64,000 bases of DNA from the NCBI RefSeq assembly GCF_964355755.1, contig NC_092672.1, positions 26,728,437 to 26,792,436 of the forward strand. The letters run 5' to 3'. Positions 35,016-47,000 of this stretch are shown piece after piece. Origin of the DNA: Antedon mediterranea (lineage: Eukaryota > Animalia > Echinodermata). The stretch's first letter is position 1. Every line of letters starts with the position of its first letter. A model generated the notes under the pieces. It was not told where the DNA came from, made no database searches, and saw only the letters and a list, made by a program, of their open reading frames with translations. A program made the translations under genes and the position numbers.

Positions 35016-38000
35016 TTAAATATTAAGTGAAAAGTAGAGCGATGATGAGTTTTCCAACCCTGTTGGAGTTACGAATGGCATGCTAGTGGATCTGTGTTTT
35101 GGTTGTAGTGGTTCACTATGACCAGACGACGGTTTGCATTCATTCCATCTATCCCCGTGTTCATAATAGAAAGACGAAGGCCTACTATGCATGCCTGCTT
35201 GTGAGGGTTTGTCTACTCCATAATGAACTTGAAGAGAAGAAGGCCTAGCCTGTAAATGTTGTTGGTGTCGGTCTGTGTTTCTTAAGACAACATGGTCTTT
35301 AAAAGTTTGAATTAATTCTTCGTTTTTCTTTGATTGCTGATTATTATCAGAGCTTTCAGATCCTTGGCCAGAACTATCATCGTCACTTCTTTTCCCCTTT
35401 TTTCTGAAGACGTGTTTCAACCCATTCTTTAGGTTACTAATTCGTATACCTTCTTTTTTATGTGAAATCAGGTCAGTTCTTATGTGTTGACCATCATGGT
35501 TTGATTGTTGAATTCCTGTATCTTTAAATATGTCCCGCACTGGCAAGCTGTTTTGGTAGCCATTTTCTGGTTGTCGATTATGCATTTGTTGTTTATTTGG
35601 GATCGCGGTAAATTTACTGTTAAAGTTTCCTGCAGAATAGCGGTGTAGTCGTCGAACACCAGGTAACGTATTCCTTTTTCCGTCACCGCTCCTTGATGAT
35701 GAACAGTCTGAATCTGTCCACTTGAATTTATCGTCTGGACTTACGACGTCAAAAGGAGGCGATACCGTCTTTTGTGGATGCCCTTGTTCAGCATCACGTT
35801 GCCTGTTGTGACTATACTGCGAGGGTGTGGCGTCTCTTCGTATAACTCCTCTTCTGACGTCATTCCGATCAAATTCAGTCAGGTATGTGATGTCTGTAGT
35901 TGACGATGGTATGCTCATATTGCTTGAGGAAGAACTATGATGTCTGAGATGGTCTTCACTATGAATTGGTTTCCAGAACTCTGACGTTTCCATTTCTCTG
36001 TAATTCATTTGGTACCTTGATAACGTATGTATATCGTCTGCTGAAAAACGTGTTCCATTGCTGTTTCTGTGGTCATATTCTGTGTCCCTTGTGATAGGAA
36101 TATTCTTTTGATCCACATAAGTAGAATTCCCAAACTGTTCTGTCTTGAATTGATTCTTTTGTGTTATTTCATGCGTTCCAATATCGGCATACTCCTTAAT
36201 CTGGACACCATCTACCATTTCTGTGTATCCATTGTACGAAGTATTTGGAGAAGCATATATAACTGTCTGACGACTCTTCTGTTTGTCGTCTTCCAAAGTA
36301 TTGTGTTGTTCAGCAGGTAACCCACATTCATTCCGCTCAGCCCACTTATCAAGAATTGCCTGATAAGACTGTTTTCCAACCAATCGTTCAATAATACTAA
36401 ACTGTTCTCCGTTACCATTCGATAGTTCATCCGACGGTAGTGAATCGGAACTTTCTTCACCAGGAACATCAAAACGAACAGACTTCGTCCGCTTCATTCC
36501 AGAATGCGATTTAGATCGATACAGCATTATACTAGATCTTGTATTCTCCGGTTGGCTTACACTGCGGACAAGTTGAGGTCTGGGTGGGGTTTCTTCATCA
36601 TAATCAGAATCATTAAGAAACACTGAATCATTGTCGTCGTTTAAACTCGGCGTTGATGAGTACTGCTTCGACATACCACGTTTTTCAAGGTGATCTTTAT
36701 AACTTGGTAAACATTTTGTTAATTCAACGGGTGTAGTTCGCATCTGACTATGGTTTGGTGTGGAATTATCCAATGTGACTTCTGATTCGTCATTTTGATG
36801 TAGTATTGCTTTATGGACAGCCATATTTTCATTCGTATACCATCGTTTGATACCACAAGTATCAGGTGTAACATGATGTTTTGTAGTGGATGGAGAAATC
36901 GTGTGATCATAACTGGCTGTCAGGGATGCAGATAGCTTTATCGATTTCTTTGATGATTGCACTTGACCCGTTATTGTTGTATTCTGATTGTTTTCTTGTT
37001 TAGATTGTTGATTCAACGACGCCATATTCTCATACAATGACGCCGTATTTTCATTACTCCTTTCAGGTACTTGGCTACCGGATTCTGACGAAGTGAAACC
37101 CGTGTTCTTAATTTTCTCGGTAGTTAGAGATTCTGATCCAATTGCACTTAAATTCCACTGTCGCATTTCAGACAATACTCGTCTACATGATCTAGTAGGT
37201 GTTGACGTCATCTTCATTTCCACACTCAAATCTTGACTGCTCTCGTGACTGACAACTGATGCATCTCTATGTTTCGGCATAAATGAATTACTATCATTTC
37301 GCTGTGCATTTACTGGTGTATAAGTCTCGTGTTTGTCGACACCGGGACTTGTTGCTTGATCTACCATTTTTGGATTGTGAACATTTACAGCATCAGGTGG
37401 TTTAGCGAATGGGTAATCATGAGGATAGAGATTGTCTGTACGTGCATATTCTTTAAAATAATGACGATTACGAGGAAATGCAACATAATCTATGTTGCTC
37501 CTTAATGGTTTGTTTTCCAATAAAAACTCTTCAGACTCATTCAACCGTTGACAATGATATTGATACTGCGGAAGTCCTGTGGAATTCAAGTCTTGGCGTG
37601 GAAACGATGGAGTATTTTTGTCCATAATATGTTCTAGCGAACTTTTGACGCGTCTGTTACTATGGTTAACGCGCTGCATATTTGTTACGTGATGTTCATT
37701 CCTTGCGTGATCTTGTGTAGGTAGTTGTTCATTGCTAACGCGTTGTGAACTTCTCGACTGCAACCATGTCTTACGATTATGAATTCGAGCATCACTCAAT
37801 CGAAGCAGAGCTGCCGACTCTCTGTCGTCGTTAGAAGTTGGCATATTTACAGGACGCCTTGATCCAGCACATTTACCTGAATAAGCTAAATCATCACCAA
37901 ATCTGGCCTTATTGTGTGTTCCGTTAATGTGATCTTCACGAGCCATACCATTATCCAAATTATCCATGTTGTGTTCTTTTCTAACTGCTGTTGGTGAAGT

Positions 38001-41000
38001 GACATTTGCCATAACATTAATGATTTGTTTACTTCTTTCTCTAAGTGCCAATGCACAGACGTCGTCGGTATGCGTGTCTTTTTCAATTTGATTGTGATAA
38101 AAACGATGAGAAGGAACAGTGAGGTCACTTTTTCCCAATGAACTAAAAATTGGTCTGTTAGTAGACCTATTTCTTGAATCATTTAAGTCGTACATCATAC
38201 CAGGTTCAAGATTAAGTGATTCCAGAAACATCTTTTCAAGATCAACATCTATAGGTCTAGGTCTGTGAGCTTTAATATTGGTTAACATCATGCTCTGTGT
38301 CATTTGTAACCTTTTCTCTTTCACATCTGGTAGCTCCTCGTAGATATTCTCTAACAGATGGGCAGATTTGATCATTCCTTGTTCTGTATGAGAGTCAAGC
38401 CTTATTTCTGAGCCATCAATAAGCGGTAGCCTGTGACCTTGTTCATTAAACCTCAATGACACATAATCTCCATAGTCGATATTTAAACCTGAAGACTCTT
38501 GTGACTTTAGTAATTCACCGAGTTTAAATTCCTGAGAGGAAACCTTTTGTGGTTGTATCATCGATTCATCAACCAACCCCACTATATCACTGTTTTCATA
38601 TATAGGTTGGTTATCTTCTTCAATGGTGTGATTGGAGAGTAAGTCTGGCATCTGGTGAAGCTGGATATAGTCTGTATCAGGATTATGGTTAATCAATTCC
38701 TTTTTGGAAGTATTAGACATGTTGTAATTTTCAGTACCAGGTATAGAGAGATTTTGGTCATATCGTTCGTTTCCTAGATTCTGTTCAAAATTAACTATTC
38801 TTTCTGCTGATGCATTTAATATACTGTTTTCATTTTCATCTTTTAATAGTGGAACTTCTCTTACAAATGAATGACTATTAACAATATTTTCATTTGTTGC
38901 TTCATCTTGTTCTAACAACTTTTCTAATTCTTTCCGCTTAATCTTATTCTTTGACGTTTTCTTCCCTTTTCTTCTAGCATCATGTTTTCGTTTCTTTTGT
39001 GCCTGATGTAACCGGTTAAGAAAGCACTTCTTGTAGAAATTGTATTCCTCTGGGTCAAATATATCTTTAATCTTCAATTCACCTATTTCTATTGTTTCCT
39101 CAGAAGAAGCACCCATAGCTTCTGATTTCTTTCCAAAGTCTTCTAAAGTAATATCTAAAATGGTCTTCTCAGAGGAACTGCTAGAGCTACTAGAGTCTAA
39201 AGAGTCGTGATCATCATCACTACTTTGCCAAAGGGGATCATCTTTAGTGACATCGATTGATATCATTGGCATTATTGCCACATTTGAGTCTACAATGAAT
39301 GTTGGTTCTTTATGCTTAATAGAGGATGAACTTATTGGATTGTCACTTTGAGCACAAGGTACTGAATGAATTGGAAAGCTTCCATGTAAGTCTTTTCCAT
39401 CCTTATCAGAAGAGGTGTCATCACTTCCCTCACATCCATCATTATTATTACTATTGTTAGAGTTCAAATTTATCACAGGATTTGACTTCTGTACATTGCT
39501 GGATAAGTCTTGTTCATCTGACATCATTAGTTCCTCACAAAGAGTTGATGACACTGAACTTGAAAACGGTACTTTAGATGAAGTTATGATACGATCTGAC
39601 AAAGATCTCCTGAGCTTAACCCTTGGTGGGGTTAATAATTTAATACATGTTTGGTTGGTATCACAGAGAATCTCTGAACTAGCTGATGTCATTGACCTCC
39701 CGACCGTATACTCTGGCTGAAGTTTAGAATAATTTCTTGATCGAGAAAGTCTTTGTTTACGCGTTGGCACAAATCTCTGCATCATGTATTCTGGAATAGA
39801 GTTACTACTTGTGTTTATGGACGTTACATTGTAATGCCCTTCAAAATCAAGATCTCCAGTGATGGCACCTTCACTAAGAGATGCGCTTGGTATTGATGAT
39901 TCTGAAGTGTTCAATTTTATACTATTATCAGAAGATGAATTATCGCTGTCATAATCAGAGCCACTGATATCACTAATGACATCATCACATTCCAAAGACA
40001 TAAAGTCATTTCTAATTTTAGGGTTTTCTTGCTTTATGCTCTCTAAAGTATCAAATTCTCCATCATTATTGCAAGGTACACTGATACAACTTATAGTATC
40101 ATCACATTGCTGCGAAAGTCCATCTTTTATACCTGAATTGGGATTTTCTATTATTTTAGCATTGCAAAAATAATCAAGTTTATTTCCAACATTTTTCTGA
40201 CATGTCAAACTGTGCTCTTGATACACTTCTGAAGATTTTTTACAATTTTGTAACGATATATAAACTTTTGAAAATTCTGATAAATCTTCAAAGACAATGT
40301 CATCTGACACAGATTCCATATCACGATTCTTGCTGATGTCAGTAGAATCTTTACCTGAAAGAATATCAGGATGTAAAGATTGAGATCCTTGACATTCAAT
40401 TTTATCAGCATTTAGTTCATCTTTTGGATGTTCAATTTGATCTAACAATTCAAAACTATGCGTGTTATCAAAGTACTGCATTCCTTCAGAAAAATTCCAG
40501 TCAGATCCTTCAGGATCTTCACGTTGTAAAGACTCAATTCCTTCGCTGCAAGTAGTATTAGAACCATAAATGAATGTATCAGATATATCACTAAGAAAAG
40601 AGAGTTCACCAAAAGATTCTGATGATGAAGATGATGATGAATCATCATCATTTGACAACATTAAATTGGAAGCAATAGAGTTCCTTTGGTATTGTTCAGA
40701 CATATCTTGAAGAAGATTGTTCCACCAGGAACGCAAAGATTTCTCATCTGTTCCCGAGATTGGTAGATCCATTGGTCTTTGAAGCGGTACATACTGGTAT
40801 AAGAGTCTACAAATAGAATCTCCACTGCTTTCATCATTTACAAGAATATTTAAAGTTCCTTCACGAATACAAGTAAGTAGAGTTGACACAGATATTGTTT
40901 CAAAGAGACACTGCAGTTGACTAATATCAACGCTTACACTTCCATCTTCTTCGAATCTCGTTGATAAATCCGATGCCATAATCTGCTCCAAAATGGTGTT

Positions 41001-41035
41001 GTTTGACACTGCAGTTTCATCATTATCTAACATGA
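35016..41035 (-). CDS. Giant terminal coding exon of the PLC-eta gene (~2006 codons, Ser/Asp/Asn-rich, predicted disordered)
   Basis: Uninterrupted 2005-aa ORF preceded by acceptor TTTCTTTTTAG|TC ATG, in phase with the 41654 donor (G+TC = Val). It is therefore unlikely to be a stand-alone gene. Confidence 0.85.
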
Positions 41036-44000
41036 CTAAAAAGAAAATGAAAAAAATTACATTAAACCAGCAGAGTTAAAGTTACATTTTTATGATGACA
41101 TCACAATCTCAGCTAAGGAATTTGTAAACAAAAATGCACTAAACACAAATACTTGGTTGTGGAAAATATTATTTGAATATAGAATGATTTAATATTTCAA
41201 AACTTAAACAGACTTTATTAATAAACTAACAAATAAAAAGTATTCATGCAGGCATTTGACGTATACAACATGCATATCACAAAACAGATCAAAATTGTAA
41301 CAACACAACATTTAAACATAATATATATAATTTATTTTCAATATATTATTAATAATTCTGTAAATGTAAATAATTATACAACATAAATTTGAAATCAAAG
41401 ATTATATACCTCAGATGATCCTGATAATGGAAGCAGAATTGTGAGAAAAAAAATAAGGAATCAAACCTTTGAACTATATCCATTTAAATAAAATGTAATT
41501 GCTAAACAGAAGTTTAGTAGAGAAAGATACAGTTTTTGTAGAATTATGTTTTTGTAAATTCTCCCACTGTGTTGCATCTTAGTGGAAATCAAGTTGTAGA
41601 CATTAAAACTAGAAAAAATTAATAAAAAAAACAATAATATAATAAGAATATACCTTCTAAACACTTTGACTCCTTCGTTTGAAAATCTTCATCTTGTAAA
41701 TTATCAAAGGCGCCACCAATTGGTTTTGGTCGATTGAAAATAGCGGAGATAGTATGTCGTCTTCTGGAGGAGAACATTCGGCCAAGAGATTGTTTTCGAG
41801 GTGTAGACAATTGAACTTGAGTTGCAGCGCCCTCAGCCGATTTGGATCGATTATACAGTTTAGTTTGCATGCTTTTCAGATGTTTAATACTCTAAAATTT
41901 AAGAAAATGTATTCAATAATTAATTGTTTTATATTTGAAAATTAACAAATAACAAGTAAAGATGAGAAAATATTTGAAATTGACCCAAACTATAATTGTA
42001 TTTATTATATATTATTTTGGCTGATATGCTATTAATAATAACGTTAGTTTGGAACGGAGAATGCTTGGTGTAACAATAAGACCTACTTTAAGCAATTGCA
42101 AAAAAAAAAGTGAAGATGGGCAAGCCACTTTGCAAGACTCTATGACAATAGTTTGGTAACCAAAGATAAGGAAAAAGAAAAGACTGGCAAACCCAGAATG
42201 AGATTGAGAAAATTTCCTCAGGTCTTTAAATAACCCGAGCCCATATCAAAAGTACTGGTTGAGAATAGCAAAAGAGAGAAGCAAATGGAAAGATTTGAAG
42301 GAGCGATATGTTCTTCAGTGGACTTCCAAATCCTGAAGAAGAAGGAGGTTTATTCAGTAACCATCACATGAGACTGAAAGTATGTTAATGCTAGGTTTTT
42401 CAAAGTTGGTTGGCCAAAAAATAATTATTATTACTTATTTTATTAGTAAATGTAAAAATCAATTATTCTATTAATGCAGTACATACTGGTTTGGTAAATA
42501 ATAATTTTCTCTGCAATTATTCTTTTGACTTATGCAACCAAAATAAAGGTAAACAAATGAGATTTTTCCAGTGGGTTATAAATCATGAGATGAGAGACTT
42601 TGGATTATTGGTGTTTGAGAGTCTTTGAATGTGTTGATGATTAAAGAAAATTAAAGCAATTTTTATTAAGATAAAATGAATGTTAAAACATGTTTCACTT
42701 ATTTACGTTTGTTAAAAGCAGAATTAGACTTTTCCCAATAATTGCAAAACAAGTTCCAATTAATATTGCTGATTTCCATTAAAAAAAAATGTTTATACTT
42801 AAAGTAAAAAATTTTAAAATCAACTTTACAAAATGTCATAGTATTATTATACATACAAAGAAAATGAATAAACACTGTCTTGCATGTTTTTTTGCCAAGT
42901 TTTTTTTTAAATTTTCACATCAAACGAATATCTGCTATATATCACACCCATGGACACTACTAGTGAAAACCAAATGTCAAATCTCAAAGGAACACTAAAA
43001 TAGTAAAAATGCAGTCTGTTGCACAGTGGTTTAACAACAATGACATGATAGCGCCCTACTTTACACTTTAATGGTTATTAAGGTGTTTGCCTTCAATAAA
43101 ACAGCCGAGGCGAGAAGTTCAAATTATGATACGCTTCAAAAAATGTTCATGTATAAAAGTAACTTTAAAATATCTACAATCATGGTGTCCTACTTTTAGT
43201 AGTTGTAAATATGATCAACTTCTATAAAACTTCCAGGGTGAGAATTTCAAATCATTTTTACCAAAAATAGATGGGCATGAAATGATATATTTGATTTTCA
43301 TACTCATATATTGCTTTTGGAATGTTCAGTTGTCTTCTGTATTAATATAACAGTAACAATATCAGATTGGTCTGTAGGCCTATACTTCCTTTAATTATTG
43401 ATTATTAATTAATAGATTAAAAATATGAATATACCACAAAAGTCAATCAACAATTACTGTTAGTGTAATATATTGAAATACATTAATAAATTTTGTTGGT
43501 AAAAAGTCTATTGTAACAATTAGCATTTATTAATCATACACTTTTGGTTAATAATATTGTATACAAAAGACAAAACTAAAGACATTTTATTACCAATTGA
43601 TACATTTTGTGATCAACTTTTTTTTGTACTGTACATCATTTTTCACATTTATACCATAAATTACCTTATTTTTGACAACAGCAAAGTTCTCATAAATAAT
43701 GAGCTAGATAGATAACCAAGCAAGAGAAGTAAGATATAAATGAAGTTAAGTAATAGTAAATTTAATGATAAAATTAAAAGAAAATAAGTTAAAATAAAAG
43801 GATATAGCATTATGTCAAAGACAAGGTTTTAACATGTGGATTTGGTGGGTATAATGATACAGGAATCACTTTCGGCTAACTGCAACAGCAGTTGTTTTTA
43901 ATGATTTCATGAATTGGTCAATATCTGGTATATTTCTCATATTCAGAAAATTTCAGTCAAAACTGCTACCTTATGACATCATTTTATGATATGTGCATAT

Positions 44001-47000
44001 TCTAGGCGACTGACATGTCGACTGGCAAATTTGAGCACTTGTTCAGTGGCACTTTGACTTTCGCTCTCTGACATGAGTACGTATGACGTCATAACAACAA
44101 AAAGTTTACCAAAATCATGGCCGAGAATGGTCGCGATGATATTCTGAGAATGTAGTAAAGTGAATTTCAAATTCAAATTATATTTCCAAACTGTGAATTA
44201 TTGATTTGTATTGGATATTCTAATACAGGTTATGACCTTAAATATTTTCTTACCCTCTCATCGAAGTCTGTAATGCTAATATTTACAAAGATTGTCGCCT
44301 GATCCAGCCCATCTAGGTGAATATGTCTGTAGCCTTGAGTTAGGCTAGACATTGGTAGTGTAGCCTGTCCAATGAAATCCCTGCCAATCGGGTCCTCATC
44401 CCATACAGCAAACCTTATCAATGCTAAGTCAATTGCTTGGATACCAAATTGCATAGTACTGTTCCAGATTGGTGAAAAACCTAGAAAAACATGAAAAATG
44501 AAGATTAATTAAATCAGACTATGAAAATATTATTTTGTACTTTTAATAAAGTTAATCCCTTTCTGCAAAGTGGCATATTCAACAACAAAAATAATTTTTA
44601 TAAGCATATGATAACACTGGACTTAATTTGGTCAAGTTAACTGAGTAACAAGATAATTTGACAAAGAAAAGTCCAATCCGAACACTGGCATGACAACAAT
44701 TCGGCTGGAGCATCCATCACAAGCCTTGGGATAATTATGTCCTGTCCATTTGTTATAGAGATCATCTGTTCAGGCCTATTCCTATTGCTTGTTCTTGGCA
44801 AGATTGTGGTTGATATGCCAAATAAATATATTAATATTATGTACAGCCATTTAAATTTCTATTTGTTTTTGTAATATTTCCTAATTTTTTTAGTATGCCT
44901 AATATAATTTGGCACATGGATTGCAAAATTTCAGAACTATATTTTACCATTATCTTGTATTGTCTTCGTAATCATCTTAGCTGTGTCACATGGAAGGCCA
45001 ATGACCTCAACCTCAACAAATGGATCAATTATCTAATGAAGAAAAATAATACCACTTGATCAAATTTATATTTAAAAAAAACCAATTTTATATATAAAAC
45101 AAAAGTTCTTGTACCTGACCTCTCAACAAAACTATGCTAACAACTGTTTTACATCATGCAGGTAACACAAGTGAAATGTAACTTCCTCAAACCTACACTT
45201 TCTGAACATTGGAACCTTTTGTAAAAGCAAGGCAATCAATAACAAGATGTTGTTAAGCTTAGTTAGGTCAAAGGTTTTATATATGGCTGCAACATGATCA
45301 GTTCCACGCCCCTAAACAGAAACCAGGAAATGATGTACTTGCTACTGTAACTATGAATGTGTCGCAGCCAATCCCAAGATCAAAGGAATGTTACAAGTTC
45401 CTATCCTGGCAAGGATCCTGTTGTTAGATTGCCTTGGTCTATGTAGAATTCAAATACACCAGGTTGTATTATGTTTTATAGAGAACTATAAACATATATT
45501 ACATAGCCTATGTAAATACGCGAACGTGATTGGTTGAAACTGCATCACATGACTACCGCTGCGAAGATCGTAAATCGTATATATCCTCGAGAACGATGAT
45601 ATTGACTGAGTAATTTTCGCGTAATTATCGTGTCCCCTGTCATTAAACATACAAATTCTCGAGTACGATGATATTGACTGTGTAATTTTTGTGTGGCAAC
45701 ACTCGCGTTTGCCGATAAATAAACAAAAGTCATCTACTCGATCTTGAACTCGGGTGGAATTGTCACTCCATCGCAAGACAACACTTCAATCGCTGCGCCA
45801 CGTAACTTGCTTGAAGAAATTAATCATCTAAACTATTTAAACTATGCATACATAGCGCCCTCATTTGTATTAGTCCACCCTAAATGTGATGAAACACCGT
45901 TTGTGATTGGTCAATACTCACGGTAGTAAACCTAGTAACTAGTACGCGCTGAACATCCGGTGATTCGGCTCCTCAAAGAGAAGAAGACGAATTGTTTATT
46001 CGCTGTTTTTTCGGCCTACCTGACTATAATATTATTATTAATAGGCTTATTGATGGAAATTCTTCTGTTAATTTAAACGACCTAGGCCTAAGTGAATATT
46101 TTATTGCTAAGGAATCATTAATTAGTAATTATCTGTATATTATTCTTCGCAAGGTAAGGTGTCTAGGCAGGCTTGTTTAAATACAATACAAATACTATAT
46201 AGGAGGCCTAGCCTAGCTTCACCCAACCCAGCAGACTTGTTCTTGGCTATATAATATAACAGATATTGCCTTTTATATCGGTTAAATATAAGATTTGACA
46301 TCCCCTCGGGAATGATATTAAGTTCTCGGGGAATATATATTTCCCTCAGCTGGCGCTTCGGGAAATATATATTCCCTCAAACATAATATCATTCCCTCGG
46401 GGATGTCAAATCATATATTTAACCTCTAAACAGTCAATATCTGTATAATACAAATCTCTCCTCTACATTTACATTGCAAAATATAATTATTAATAGGATA
46501 TCATACCTCACCCCTCTCCCCCAGTAAACTTTGAGGTGGCTTAGGCAGTTGTTGTCCACTTATAACCTGTAACGTTAGTAGCTTTTTTTGCAGGGTCGAA
46601 TGAGTTCCTTGACAGCTAGGATCAAACTCAGTCTCATCTATATTTTCAATTGACAAAAAAAAAAAAAATAAATATTGTGGTGATTACAGTAATAAGTGAG
46701 AAATGTCCCTTTCTTAACAATATTTATTAAAGTGATATGTTCACTATGGGCGAGGTTAGAAAACTTGAATTACCATTTATAAGTTTAATTAATAAATATG
46801 CCGACGTCGACGGGATGGTGCTTTTTACTCTATTTTTTATTTGTTTAAAGTTTGTGTTTTACATGTGTTACATATTTGCCTAATTTGGAGCAATTATTTT
46901 TAGTCAAACAAAAATATATGACTGATTTGATATTTCAAATTTGTTTTACAATGAACTTAATTGAAAACAAATACTTTTCTTTCTATAATAAAATCTCAAT

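Noticed and set aside
35016-41033. 2005-aa ORF as an independent intronless gene or viral/transposon polyprotein
   Set aside because: No RT, integrase or protease motifs. A good acceptor 2 nt before the ATG is in phase with the upstream PLC exon.
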